Notes under the pieces: generated by a model | Told to the model about the DNA's origin: nothing | Seen by the model: the letters and a program-made list of their open reading frames with translations, nothing else | The model's database searches: none | From: Syncephalis fuscata S228 | Lineage: Eukaryota; Fungi; Zoopagomycota | DNA length: 64,000 bases | Direction: 5' to 3' | NCBI GenBank assembly: GCA_025786725.1 | Contig: JAHLTZ010000024.1 | Location: 124,001-188,000 of the forward strand | Made by a program: the position numbers and the translations under genes | Shown here: piece after piece, positions 38,446 to 53,684 of the stretch | How the letters are laid out: the number at the start of each line of letters is the position of its first letter | Position numbering within the stretch: the first letter of the stretch is position 1

Positions 38446-39623
38446 CTAACACCATGGGCCAAAAGTAACGTCAAACGCGCGTAAGTGCATTAGTAGATTA
38501 AAATAAGGAACGCGTGAATTAGCACAATTAGGATCCTCGCACTTGTCATCCTGGCACTCGGTAATCTTTGGACTGAAACCGGATAAATCGCGAATACGAG
38601 CAACAGTCCAGCCTAGCCATCCTGTTTTCTCCTCAACATCCTTTTGAATCCACCACCGGAAAGGTACTTCTCTCCTGGGGCGTGTTGGAAACGTGCAACA
38701 TTAAATATATTGCTGGGCGGAAGATGTGGTACTGGGTCATTGTTGAATGTGACACGCGTGAATATTTTAAAGCCAGCATAGGCCATCACTTTAGCAAAAA
38801 GTGGATTGCCTACGCGCGGCGAGCCATAAGTAATAATGCGAATACGTGATGGCGGTATTGGAGTCACAGAGGCAAAGTTAAGTCCAGTGAGTTGTGCCGT
38901 AGCACCGCCGAGACTATGTCCAGTGAAATCAACTGAATAGCTGGGATATTGATTGGCCAATGCCACCATCTTCTGTCGAGTGGCACCAGCAATGCGTAGA
39001 GCCGATACAACAAATCCTGCATGAGCCATAGTGCCTTTAGGTGTACCAGGGAAATCTGACAGATCCAATGGCACCCACGAAAAGTCAACAATAGCGTTAA
39101 CAGGTGTCAATGTACCACGGATGCTGAGAATAATGGCTTTTAGGCGATGGTTGACTGCCACAAAGTATTTTATCTGTGTAATTTTATCCTCATCAAGAAT
39201 GACAACTTCAGTGCCTTCGGTACCATCTTGACAATGGCCGAGACAGGTCCACGAACGAATCATATTATCGGCAAGGCAGTAAGAGGCACCGGCAAATTTA
39301 GCATAGGTTCGAGCAAGATCATCGGAAGCACGATTAACCTTAGGCAATGTCTCTCCTGGGGTGACCGTGCATTCTGCCGGCATTGGTTTATTACTTGGCA
39401 CATCAAATGGCAATAAGGATGCCAATTTAAGCCAATTATTGATATATGTAAGCATGCTGGGACTGCTGGGTAGATCATTTGTCAATTGAGTTACTGGCAC
39501 CGTGGCAGCTTTGCCAGTCTGGGAATTCATCATAACATCGCCAGGAGTAGTGGCACCAACGCTCGATAATAGCGTGGCGCCAAGCAGTAAGAGTAAAGAC
39601 GAGCGTAACGTGTGGAGCATCAT
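38446..39623 (-). CDS. Secreted class 3 (Rhizomucor/Rhizopus-type) lipase with propeptide; frameshift near 38650
   Basis: Signal peptide, SIRGT, AHAGF, TGHSLGG, DPVPHLPP; C-terminal EDPNCANSRVPYFNLLMHL...GPWC* lies in another frame. Confidence 0.88.
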
Positions 39624-41030
39624 GAAATAGTAATAGTGGTCGTGGTGGTGATAATGGATGAGTGATGTTGGCTAGTTGGTGCACGGTGTGGCAATAATAG
39701 GCGGAGATCAGCTATTTCAACAACACAAATCAATGAGCACTACGCAAACGCGTACACAGATGTTAAAATCCAGTAAATGTTTTTGTCAATAGACAGCTGA
39801 AAATACTTGGGATCAAGAAAGCGTACAAAGAAAAAGGTTTGAAACTGAGTCTCGTGGTGATAAAGGCGTTAATGAATAAAGAAAACGATACAATAGGAGG
39901 AGATGAAGGCACGTATAGCTACATGTGCGTGGGGGCAATGCGAGGGGTACTGCCATCTTATACTAAAACCGCCCAACGATTTTTGCGCATAACATCAAAC
40001 TACGCCGTGTTCATACTGCCTCCACTTACACGTGCAAGCAATTAAGCGAGATAGGCGATACACAAGAGGTCAGATGATGCAAGAATAAAACGAACGTGAG
40101 GCAAACAATTAAGAACCCGTAGGACTGGCTAATAGCCGGTGTTAAGCTACTGGTACAAGCCCAGCTATTTTACCATCTAAAAATACCAATACTGGTGTAT
40201 TAATTATTTGAATAACTATTACGGCCATTCTACTGCTAGTTACGGCCCATAAATTACAGATTAACTCACTTCCCCGCTATTTTGTGGAGATCCCGAATGC
40301 TTGTGTTACATCGGCCTATCCGACTCATTCCGCCTATCCATTTATTTGAAAGCAATCTTTTTTTATTATCACAAAGACGCTCACCAAAAGGCCATTGAAG
40401 TTGTACACCTGGGTGGTCTGATGTCTAATTGTCTACCAACGAATGGCCAGATAAGCTATGACCAGGGAAATAATCATAAAAAAGCACATGCTTATGCCGT
40501 CAAATACTCAAATGTTTATTTACGCAATACTGGCAGGTCGGGCTAAGATTACCGAGCCAGTGATGGTCCTACCAAGCGATGACACAGCATGCCATGACAA
40601 GAGATTGCCCATCAATGACGATGCGTGTTGGGTGGCGTACCAGCGATAACGCCGTGCAAACTGCAAAAGGGGACGTGAAAAGGAGAGTGCCATTCGACTT
40701 GTATAAGCACGTTAGAATTTTCACGCTATCATTAGCATAGCAATGAGTGAATAAATGATGTTTTCATGCAGTCACTCTCACTACATCCATATGCGTAAAT
40801 GACTTATAGCACTACGTACCTATTGATCAAGGTCGACTATGGTTCTTTCTTTCTTTTCCATTTCGTATCACCAAAGATTAGGTGACTACACTTATTGTCG
40901 CCCAACAATAATTATTGTCTGTTGTTGTGGTGCAAACTAGATATAGCACTGTCTCATTATTTAAAAAGGTGAGATAATAGCAACGTGACGGTATAATACT
41001 TGTTTGGCTTATCCTAGCTTAGCGATAACC

Positions 41031-41552
41031 ATGGGCCGTATTCTTCAAGTTTACTTGGACAACGAAAAAATCTATGTGTGTGCCAAATGCAACACACATA
41101 TTGCTCTACACAATGATATTATTTCAAAAGTAGGTACAAGCCATTATGGTTGATGCACTAGCTTTGACTTTACTATATAGGCATTCCAAGGCCGCTATGG
41201 ACGGGCTATATTATTTGCTACCGTGTAAGTTTTCTAATCCATCAATGAAATAGTCACTACTATAGCGGTTTAGCTATAACGTTACTCCTGGCAAGAAGGA
41301 GGATCGCGAACTAATGACAGGGCGACACACCGTCGCAGATGTTCAGTGTAATTCATGCCAAACAACACTTGGTTGGCACTATGTAAGTATACCGACTATC
41401 TACTATAATATATAGTCACACTAATGCTTAATCGTTTATGGTCTATTTAACAACATACACAGTATGCTGCCTTTGAAGCTGAACAGCGCTATAAAGAAGG
41501 CAAATATGCCATTGAGAAACAAATGATTTCAAAAGATAATCAATGGGACTAA
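41031..41552 (+). CDS. Yippee/Mis18 zinc-binding protein (Moh1/YPEL-like), 4 exons, missed by the ORF track
   Basis: MGRILQVYL...CAKCNTH...ISK|AFQGRYGRA...[24 protein letters not shown]|[15 protein letters not shown]. Confidence 0.92.
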
Positions 41553-41772
41553 TGGTACTTTCAACTTTATCTAATTTAATAAATTTGTTTAACAAGCTTT
41601 ATTTGCCTCATCCATGTTCTATAACCACTTACCCAAATGTTTTGCATTCTTTAATAACTCAGCACTGTTTTTATTAACGGCAAATAGCCAAACTCTATTT
41701 TCTCTCTTCACCAATTTAACACACACAACCTACATCTGTTTTTATAATACCGTTGAATTCTACCTATTTCCC

Positions 41773-43978
41773 ATGTCTGATGACGAAGGCGACATTTATA
41801 GCGATGTCGATGACTCGCCACTTTTTATTCCTACTAACAAAACAGAGCCAAAAGCCAGCAGTCTTAATGATCAGTGGCTGGCTAAACTGCCTATAGAAAC
41901 AAAAGATGTTGTGGTATGTACATTCAATCAGTGAATTTAAGCGTAGAACGGTGGACTAATGCAACTATTTGGCCGTCTAATAGAAAGCACCAAAAGCTAT
42001 TCAGAGTAAATCTATGGGTCTGCATGCAACTGCTACGAAACAACGAACATCTCGACGATCTCGACGTAGAACTACTTCACAGGATGAAGCTAACTCGAAT
42101 CCAGCAGAGGAATCAGATTCGCGACCAACAAAAGTGGCAAGACGAAATGCACCACTAGCGGATGGCAGTGAACTACAGGCTCAACCGCTAATAACACCTG
42201 CATCATCAACGGGATCGTTGGCAGATGAGACAAATGCTGCTTCTACTGAAAGTAAGTGGCACAGCAGTGTTTATTATTATCAATATATGTTTATGACATA
42301 ATGCTATTGCCTAATTAGATGAGTCACGGTCTCGACATATACCTTCACACTTATATCGTGTATCGGATCGACGTAGCAACCAGCCCACTGTACGATTTCA
42401 ACCTGTCAGAGTACGACTGGCACCACAGCATGGCGTACCACGGCTTCCAACAATTGTGCCTGAAGATATGGCTGATTTATTGTTGGAACAAATGCTACTG
42501 GCTAGTATGCAAGAAGAGGCTCGTAATACATCTAGAGCCCAGCATCTTGCTAGCATTATATGGTCACCAAAATTCTGTCGTCAGCTTGTTACACGAGTTA
42601 GTAGCGCACTAACCAGTGCTATGTCAGTGCTAGCTATAGAATATCCAGTAGTGAGTAAAAGTTATTATATTATATATTAAATTATTAATGATTATTAACT
42701 AATACAATTTAACAACAACAACAACAATAATAATAATAGTTATTGGAGATCTCTAATTCAGTACTTGAAAAGTTACGACAGGTAATAATAATGTAAATGT
42801 ATTTATACAAATACTTATGTCGATAAATAGGAAATAACGGAGGCATTGGCTGATGAATCATATATCCTGAAGCAGTGTCATCTTATAGCAAAGATGGCTG
42901 TTGAAGAAAAAAGACCATTGGCTCAATTGCTCTCAGAAGCATCTGCACTGGCGTCGTTGGAAAATAGCACATCTACCGACTCATCTACTAGTAAAAACTT
43001 GATAGAAAGAACCGAATCAACTGAAGAGACGTTTATATCTGTAAAAGAAGAAGCCATGCTATTTAATGATCAATCGCTTTCAACGATAGGCGTGCCTTCT
43101 ACAGTTACAAATATAAAATCAGATTTATCTGATACGTTGGATGGTAATATTTCATTATCTGATACATCGGATACAGTACTATCAGTAAGTAGTGCATTAA
43201 TACACATAGCTATGACTAAGCGCTAAAAAGTCACTAGAGGATGAGTACGTAACCGATGATGATATGATGCTTTGCAGTGTTTCCTCTTCTACCACTTGTT
43301 CTCCTTCACGCTCTATTGATTCTTCTGTAAATTCATCGCCTATCGCTTCTCCATCGCAATTATCTTTAACATCTATCAATGGAGCTACATTATCCATTAT
43401 TATACCGCCCACTTCACATACCACAAGAAATACGAATACAGTGAATGATGAACTGACCACTGTGACTACTACTACCATAACTACTAGTACTACAGCCATT
43501 ATTAGCAATGATAATGATCAGAATAGCTCTAGTAGCATATCCGCTTCTCTTATTAATAATAATTCAAACATATTACAAGTGGATGATCTAAAATCCTTAA
43601 TCAAAGAAACTGATTCAAGTAAGTAATCAACAGTAGTAACAACAACACTGTTGATAACAATATGAGTATCAATATCGATAACAATAACAATAATAACAAT
43701 AATAATAACAATAATGTATTTGATGGATTGTTTTATATAATTACTTTTATTTAATACGCCACAATTGCTTATTCTATCATTGTACAGATTCATCTGCATC
43801 AACTTGTGTAGCATCACCACAGGTAGGACCGTCATTTTCTAGATACGAAGTATCACAGGCATCAAGTGTTCCTTTCATGGACGCATATCTTACCGTATCT
43901 GAATATCAAAGACTAGTCGAGTTGTTGAAGAAACTACCGCCACAATTTCGCAAAGACTATTTAAACAAGCATTTGTAA
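41773..43978 (+). CDS. Uncharacterised multi-exon Ser/Thr-rich protein
   Basis: Chain of open exons with canonical splice sites from MSDDEGDIYSDV to ...DYLNKHL*; no family recognised. Confidence 0.6.
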
Positions 43979-44121
43979 TTTACACTTTACGCATCAAATT
44001 TATTAAGCCTATCACGTTCATTGCTTATTATTTACACCTTTTTACTTTCATTACTTATTATTAAAACTTATTACTTTCATTGCTTATTAAAACTTTAGCA
44101 TTAATAACATTTCTTTCATTT

Positions 44122-47100
44122 CTATGTGGTTCCGCTATACTTGGCTAATTTAGCTAGCAAGCAGAAATTAAATTCTTGTGCATCCAGTCCTTTAACAATA
44201 CCGTCCATATTGTCAACGCCTACAAGTTCGCCAATCCTTCCTCGATCTTTTCCAATTAAAAAGGCCACCATGTCCTTTTTCTCTGGTGCTACTGGTGCTA
44301 GATAGTCGCGTGGCACTTGTGGTATAACTTGTTGGCTCGCCGTTAACTGTATTGTGCAATTGCCGTTGGCATGCACTTGAGTGACTACCGCTTCTTCATT
44401 TTCATTACCATTCTGCCATGGCTGTCCGTTGACTCGATGTTTTGGTATAATTGTCACGCAAATGCCTTCCAATGGCCAGGCTGTATGGTAAATATCATTA
44501 TCTAAATGGATTGTATAGTCATTATTTACATGCCATCAATGTTGTTTATCCATTGAATAACTTACCAGTCTCTCGTGTTGCGTCACCAGAGCCATAGTCA
44601 CCGCCATGACGACCGCTACCATCAGCGCCAGAGCCATTTGATTGACCACCAGCATTTGCATTTGTTGCTTGTGTACTAGGTGTATGTGGGCCAGGTGTTG
44701 ATGGGAAACGTGGTGTTTGAGCCATCGAACTAGGTGTAGCCGGTGCCGGTGTCATTGGACCAGGTGTGTTAGGAAAGATGGATGAACTAAATAAACAATT
44801 ATTATTATTATTTATACATATATTCTAATATGAATACACTTACCTTTCCCATCCTCTATTAGTTGCAGATGCAGATGCAGATGATGTTGTTGTTGCTGCT
44901 GCTGCTGTTGCTGCTGCTGTTGTTGTTGTATTGGCATCGCCCCATTGATCAGAATTCATAGGTGTGCCAACAGTAGATCCCCATCCATCATTTGTATTGC
45001 TTGTGCTAGTGTTTGAGCTCCATCCATCAGCAGCACTGCCACCACGACTAGAGCCCCAATTATCTGTACTGCTTTTAGTCGTAGTGTTACTTGAACTGCC
45101 CCAGCTATCACTTGTTGTGCTATTGCCACCACCACCAGACCAGGCTGGTGTTTGGTTACCAGCATTCCAGGCCGGTGTACGATTGCCCGGATTCCAGGCT
45201 GGCGTGCGATTACCCGCATCCCATGCTGGTGTGCGATTGCCTCCACCACCTGATGCATAAGGATTCGGTGTACGGCCACCAGCACTGATAAATGGTGTTT
45301 GAGCACCGGCTGAACTGTATCCACTGGCTGGTCGACCATTGGCACCTCCAGCAGTGATGGATGAAGTATAAGTGGGTGCCACTGATGTGCCAGGCATATT
45401 TGGTGAAAACTCTACAGCAGGAATTGTGCCACCGGTTGATCTAATAATAAAACCTGTTAATACACTGTAGCATATGCTATAATATAGTCTCTTACGTTTT
45501 AACATGTAGCTTTGTCTTATCTATTGCCACTATCCGGGCATTTGAGTGCAATTCTACACGAGCACCTGTATTGGTGCATTCCTTGACAATACCAAGTAAG
45601 CCTTTGTCTTTTCCTTGAGTAATTACTACTGTCTGTCCAACAAGTCGGTCATTGCGCTGATTGTATCGACCGTTGACCCGAGCAATAGGCGGAGCCGGTC
45701 TAGCAAATTTATCATTGGCCATGGCCTAAATATCGTATTACATTGTATATTATGTTATTAGGTATCTATCAAGATATACGTTTTTATTACGCAATATTGC
45801 TTACCTGTCTGGCACCTGTATTGGCCATACTGCGTACTTGTTGGCCTCGTACCATAAATACACCGCTGTTCTCGGTCACTTCACGAGATCGAATAAATAC
45901 TGAACCCCGATGAATATATAAAATAACACCTTCTCGGCTCTATTTACAAACGGTTATAAATAACTGTTACCAGCATAAACTATTCGTTATCCTTACCGAT
46001 GAATCAACCTCCTTTACTTTGTCACCGACTCGAATAACATTGCCATCTGCATCGGCCGCCACTGCACGTCGAAGATCTCGTTTCTGTTTAGCTACTTGAT
46101 GTGGTTTTACCAATCCTACTTGGCCATCTTCACGTAGTAAAGTAAGATATTCACGATCCACTCTGACCACAATGCCCACATGTTGATTACTATCGTAATG
46201 ACCATTATCATTGTTGCATGTATTAGATAAGTTAAATGCTTTTATGTTTTGTCTAGTTAATTATAGATACTGTTACTTACTCTAAAAACTCTACACAGTC
46301 ATGTAGATCAAATGGACTCACTACCGTTTGAGCCACAGTCACATCACCTGCTTCACGTAAATCTTTGGAGAATACACTGATCTAATGCAATTGTTAGTTA
46401 TGCCTATTTACCGCATATCGTTCTATGTCGCTTGTACCTCTTTCATTGTGGTATCTGAGATGACTGTCACAATACTATCGGCCACCTTGACAATTAGACC
46501 TGTTTCATCTTTATATCGGCCATTGATAACCTTGACGTGGTCACCTTGTTGGAATCGTTTGCGTAGTGCTTCAATAGGCAAGCTAGTGTTTTTCTATATT
46601 TAAATAAATAGTTAATTAAATATATATATATTCATAATCTAATCAATGCAACTTACTCGTACGCCATTACCGGCATAAACAATAATATCCGCCGCCGAGC
46701 CTATTACTCGATCGATAACACCATGTGCATTCTTTAAAACACCTTGTGTGATGGTAACATGATCGCCAGGATGAAATTGACTTGGATCAGCTTGTGTCTT
46801 TAGTAAAGGTTCAGCCAATGATGATAAAGATAAAGCTGTAGTATAAATAAATATTAGATTACATTGTATCTATATTCATTAAATTACTTACCTCCATCTT
46901 CATCATCTTGTTCATTTGAAGCAAATTTACTAATTTCCTCCAATGTAGCATTAACATCGTCCGTTATCTATGATCAATAGTGTATTAGAATTCAATAGTC
47001 TATCATACCACTCTATTATTAACACATACCAAAGCACTAAGCTTAACTCGTTTCTCTAAAAAGCCATCCCTGAATAAATCAGTGCCATTGGTAAATGTAT

Positions 47101-48506
47101 TGCCACGACCCGGTAGAATGTCTTTCATGCCTTCCAAATTACTATTATTATTATCAATAGTTATTATTGTATTAAATGGGGTCATGTTTATTAATAATAA
47201 CTTACTATCGATCTTCAGGATTAAATAAACGTTGTGGTGGACGTGATTTAACCTTTCGTTTTGCTGAATCATCCTATAACAATACTGTTAATTGCCTATT
47301 TACAATTAGTCTCTATACTTACCAAAGCGCTTGTTCATCTTTCAAATGGAATCGTGGAATTAACTTAACTATAACTGTATCGCCTGATTCAGACACTTCC
47401 AATACCTGAATTGATTTAATTAGTTAGCTAATTTAAAATCAATTATGATTAATCGACTTACTTGAGCTAAATCATTAAGAAATTTGCCACGACGAATACG
47501 AACCCATGAACGTGGCTTTAATACCGTATCTTTCTTGGTTACCTTTAATACATCAACCATCTGACCCACTGGTACTAGAGAGAATGTACTGGCATATGCA
47601 AAGGGCACATTCTCAAGACACTATCCATGGTAATTAATAGAATAGATAAGTATCCTATATACTAAATGGTAATAACAACAGCAATAATAATAAGAATCTA
47701 CCTTTTGCGCCGATGCTGGTTGACGTGCTTCAATATACACGTAACCTTTAAGAGAGTCGCGGGTAAATGCCGAAAGAACATCAAACCGACCAGTTAAACA
47801 CTTTTTAATCAAATGAACAATAACATCCCATTCTTTGCCCGGCTAGTTTACAATCTAATTAGACCAATTCTACTATATTAATATAGAAATACTATTTATA
47901 TTACCTTGCATTTGACCATCCATAATTTTGGACCTTTAACATCTGGCAACTTCATTCGTTCAGTAACATGTTCAATATTGCCACGTCGACCACCAGAGGC
48001 GTAATCATCGCGTGAATAGCGTTCTCGTAACTGTGCAGCCAATTCTTCGGCGTTTATTTCTTCATCACGAATACGTCTTCTATCCAGCTGTTGATGTCGC
48101 GTTGCACCTTTATCGCCAATTTCTTCGTCATCCGGTAGATCTTCGTTAAGGAATCCGCCTAATAAGCATATTTGTATTACCAGTAAGTATTACTGTATAT
48201 TGCGTTAAGGTATATAGCTTACCTTCACCGAATTCCTCTTCTTCTTCCTCTTCTTCGTCATCGTCGTCGACTTCGGCCTCGTCAAGGAAGAACGTATTGC
48301 GATTACGCTTTTTTGGACGACGATGCTATTTAGTATAGATTGAATTAGCATAGGTAGATAGATATAGCCATGTACAGTCATCTAGATCTATCTTCAGTAC
48401 TTACATGATCGTCATCAAGTTCATCGTCTTCCTCTTCCTCCGAATCTAACACATCGTCGACTTCCTCTTCGGAATACTCGTCGAGAAGTTCATCGTGATC
48501 TGACAT
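44122..48506 (-). CDS. SPT5: Transcription elongation factor Spt5
   Basis: Acidic N-terminus, NGN domain (LKGYVYIEA), KOW motifs, CTR repeats GNRTPAW. Confidence 0.95.
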
Positions 48507-48751
48507 CTTGAGTTAAGCAATAGAAACGTGTGGATGTTTGTAGAAGAGATGCGATAGAGCAAGGCAAGAAGCAGAACAAGAGTAAACCTTACTGCTGAGA
48601 ATAAGTAGCGGTTATTAGTAAATAGTGTATCAAACAAGATTTAAATATATTAATAGAATAAACGTGAATTTCATTCAGCTAATTAATTAATTTAATTGGT
48701 CTTTCATTGAATGTTTATTTTAATCATTATTTATATAAATCCACCTTTTCT

Positions 48752-51700
48752 ATGAATTCCACTTCAATGAAAGGCCTTCAATGGCCCAAGACCAGTAGTA
48801 TTACTGCTAACAATAGCCTGAATTTGTCTATTGGACAGCTTTCTATAGCACATTCAGCTATAGAACAGCAACAAGAACAACCGCAACAAACCACTCCAGA
48901 ACCATACTTTCCACTTGGTAAATCGTTGCGATTACTACTCAATTGTCGTCAAGCGGTACTTGACAAGCAATATCCCATTTGGCACAGGGACAGTATCGTG
49001 TTGGTAAATAGAATGGTACTAGAACAGGTCAATGGGTATTAACATGTTGTATTATAACAGATGTTGTTACACAAGCACTATATTCACTCGATATTCATCT
49101 TGGTCCATCACAAATATCACCACAGAAAGAGGACCCATCTGGGTCGACAAATTTAGTATTATTAGAGAATACATGTCTATTATTACAGGAACGCGTAAGT
49201 AGTTTGACAATAGTACTAATATGTAAATACTTATACTAGAATTACAGTTGATAGAGAAACAAACAAAACAGCTACAACAACAACCTTCAGAGAAAGAAGC
49301 GGCACTTTGTTTATTGTTGTGGTTATTACGTAGTAATCAACATGGAAAACTATTAAAACAATATATATGTCGTGTATTATGTAGATCAGATAAACGAAAA
49401 AAACTTTCTATGGTCACTATGATACAACAAATATGGCAATCATTGACTACACCAACAGAATCATCAAATAATAGAACACAACTATTTACAGGTAACTAAT
49501 CAATGGTTAATAGATTAACAGCTAATATATGGTAATAGATGCCATTGCTGTATGGGGTTTATCTCAATTAGTGGATATTATAAATGCACTAGCCTGGTCT
49601 GCTAATAATGATGGGTAAGTAATTATAATAATATTATTTAAACATATATATATATATTTACATCATTATATAGCTTATTAGTAGATAATAAGAAACAAGC
49701 AACACGACTTACCGAAATGTGTGTTTCTTTAACTGTAGAAATGACAGAAACATGGTCAATTATTGCCATGATGGTAGAGCGTCCATTGACCAATTCAACA
49801 CCCAATCGATTGATTATAGTAATAGAGGAGGAGGAGGAGGAGGAGAATAGCGATATTCCATTTGATAGCATACTACCATCTTTAATAATGGCATTAGATA
49901 ATATGCATCATGTAAGTAATAAGTAATATAAAGTGATATAAAGTGATAAAGTAATATAAAATAATTAGGATACATGGCTTCAAACACAAGGACAACAGGC
50001 ATTAGTAGATAAATTAAAGAAATATAAAACAGATTGCCAGACAGCAGGATCATTACAACAAAGACATGGTAATAGATGCTTTATTAGTAATGTAAAGGTT
50101 ATTAATGATCATTTAGATACAATACGACAAGTAGCAATATTCTGGTCATTAGTGGCACCTGCATTAAAGTCTAATGTAACACGAATGCCTCGATCTAAAT
50201 TCATATTACTGTTGGAAGAGACTATTAACAAAGTAAGTGTATTAAGTTTAATTTTAATATTTTATATTTATCACATAATACTAGGTGGAGCATAGTAACC
50301 CCTTTGCTTGTATACTAAACGTTATTTTGTTATTAGCTAGACGTAAATCTAGTTTTGTTGATGAATTACTACAGCCAACTGAAAATACAATTGATGGGGC
50401 GCAAAGTGTTTATGATTCAATAATTCATATGATATCAATGATTGTAAGTATTTAGTGAGATAATCTAACCAAAATACTTATGTTATTAGATGGGATCATC
50501 GAGTGAAATAGACATTCAATTGGCCTTTATCATTGTACGCCGTATGATTATGGCATCTAAAGATACTTTGGATTCTGTAAAAGAGCTTGTTGGACCTTTA
50601 ATGGTTATGAGTGGAGAGCGTGATGCTGTGTCACAAGGTGTAGCCGGATTATTGACAGACATTTCCGTCCAATATCCTTTATATGATGATAGAATACTAC
50701 GGCTATAATAGATGTATTATTTAACTTATGTTTACATTTCCGCAGCAAATATTTGATCTTTTAATAGCTAGATTAAAGGATAATGATAGAATTCAACAAA
50801 GAGGCGCACTAATGGTTTTAAAGAATATTTCGATACATCCTGATGCATCTCTGCTCTTAAATATTGAGTCTAATCATTTGTAAGTAATAATATGATGATG
50901 ATGAATCAATTAACTAATAGAATGATGTAGATTGGAATTAAAAGATCAATTAATGATCATGTTGACGATAGATGATGTTGAGTTGCGCAATATTACAGCA
51001 CAATTATTTAGATATCTACGTAAGTAGCAGTAATGACTAGTTATATACTGTCTAATTGTATTTATTAGCCTATGATACTACTCTATCAACATTAATGAAG
51101 CAGTTAACGAATACTGATGAGCGAGTTAGAAGTGCGAATGAACAGGCACTATTAGATGCATTACTTTATCATAATAGTGGCATAGTTGTATGGTTCAAGT
51201 TTATCGAATTAATCCGGTAAGTTGTTGATTAAAGAGTTGATATTGAAAGTAATTTATGAATTTAGTGAACTATTTAATACATTATCCTCAGATACAACTC
51301 GTTTACAAGGTAAATAGCTATATATTTGTATAGTCTAATAAATAATCTAATTTATGATTTGCTAGATGCTAGTGCTCAGGTTATAGCAAAGTGGTCATAC
51401 AAGGTAGATTATAGCCTATATATATATATATATGTACATATTGTAATTACTTACTATTGTTTGTTTGTTTATTTGTTCATTATAGGTTCCATCACAGCTA
51501 TGGTTTCAATTAATACCAGAGCTTATACGTGTCACTTATGAGTATGCCGATAATCGAGGCATGATTATGATATGGAGAACAATAGGCCATGTATGGCTAG
51601 AATTACCTACAGCAGTGCCTATTACTCTACAACATTTGATCGATATAATGAATAAGCAAGATCAGTAAGTCATTAATACACATTAACAATAATATTATTA

Positions 51701-53305
51701 ATATTGATATTGTTTATAAAGTGATTCATTGAATGAACAAAATATACAAAGACAATTATGTACGCGACTATGTCCTTTGCTTATTCTTAAAGTAAGTAGA
51801 TGGTTTACAAGTAGATTAAACTATACTGATTAGTAATATAGACTATTCCAAATGGCGTGTTTGATGCTGCTGAAGAGACACAGGATTTACAAATAATAGA
51901 GAAAACAGATGTATTACGCGATATATTATATCAAAGGTAACTAATAGACTAGCCTATCATCAACACCAAAATGAATATTCATCTATAATTAACAAATTAT
52001 CTAGATGTGAAGCTGAACAAGATGCCCTGGCCATACGAAGAGTTGCCTATGATGTCATTGTTAAATTACCCAATATATTTCCATTAATTTCTAATCAATT
52101 ACGGCAACAAGTAGAAAGTGGCAATAACAACTATTTGGCCATTAGAAATTGGCTATACGCACTTCATCAATATATTACACGATATTTTGGCCATTTAAAG
52201 CAACACTCTATTGAGCAACACGAGGACAGAAAAGAGGCCTTGTATTCACTAATGGAAAACACCGTCTTATTATTAATTCAACAATCTTCACATAATGGTA
52301 AATTTTATTACTAATATTGTTAATTATCATTGATTATTATTAATTATGTTAGATGGTGCACAAGAAGTAACATTTGCTTGTATGGATACCTTTTCCGTAC
52401 TACTTTCCTGGTCCATTATTAACGATGTTTTGTCAATATCGTCAGTGTCACCTAGCACAAACACGCTAATTGTCGAGTTAAACACGTTAGCAATAGAACC
52501 AACTAGTCCAAAACTGTTTATTCACTTGATACATCGCCTACTAGAACTACTTGGCACAGCCTTATCAACAGATTTAATAACCGCCAATGAGCATTCGTCA
52601 TTAGGCATCTGTATGGTTAATATACTTATTATGACAGCTCGTCGACTATCAAGTCAGCTCTTGGGTGGACAAGATGAACATGCTATGAAAACACCTCAAT
52701 GGCTTTCCGACTTGCATCACATGCAAGCATTAAACACTTTGGCCAATCATACTATGCCCGTGTTATTTCCAACACTACAGACTATTTTAACATCTTTTAA
52801 ATCAAATAGTCCTGCACTTAACCAGTTTAACAGGTTGTTGGCCAGCTGTTTCCAGGTAATAGAGTTTAAAGTGTTATGCATAGCACTTAGTATTAACGAC
52901 AATAATATATAGTATATGTTTCATTATACCTTTCTATACAAGACTGAATTTAAAGTTTATTATGAAGAAATGGTCGATTTGGCCATTAATCTTCTGATTA
53001 CGTGTCCTGTTTATCCTATCACTATTTGTGCCGAGGTAAGGCGTGATCTAATTACCGATAAACCATTAGCTCATTGTGCTTGACTGCTCTAGGCACGTTT
53101 ACAAGCCATTAAAGTATTACTGGCACTACTAGTTCCCCGCACTCGTAATACGACGGCGATTATTGTCATGACACCATGGCGACTGTCCCGGTTACAACAA
53201 ATTCATGCCGATACCATCTCAAGCCAAGCGTCATCGACGGATACACTCGTGCAAGAACGGCTTCTACTAACCAAGTTATTGACGTCAATTGACGCCATCC
53301 AGTAA
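48752..53305 (+). CDS. Large ARM/HEAT-repeat-like helical protein with many short exons
   Basis: Leu-rich helical exons with consistent GT-AG junctions, e.g. LNDTDERVRSANEQAL and RLCPLLILK|TIP. Confidence 0.65.
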
Positions 53306-53684
53306 TTTGTGTGATGCAAATGAAAATGGCGCCATTACTGAACACAGTCGCGTCATAAATCGCAATTTGATTGGCCAGTGGCACCTTTCTCGTTTGCTCA
53401 CACAAGTTTCCCCTTGTAAAGATGCAGCGCTGACCTATAAACAGCTATTTCTTACTCACACTTTTACTTATAACCAAACCATCTTTCAGTTATTGTATTC
53501 GTCTGCGCTACCGATTTTCCAAGTAGAATCCCTTAATATTTCTACATACTGTCTTGTTACCCGCCAGCTACTACTGAATAAGGCGGCACGTATTAGTTAT
53601 TGAATTTGATCGATTAACGGACATTGTGTCCGACGACGTTGACTTGTACTTACGCGTGTACAGGCATAGTCAATACTGCACCTT

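Noticed and set aside
53306-53684. CACGTG/Met31-type sulfur-regulon motifs upstream of MET30
   Set aside because: No exact motif was found in this interval.
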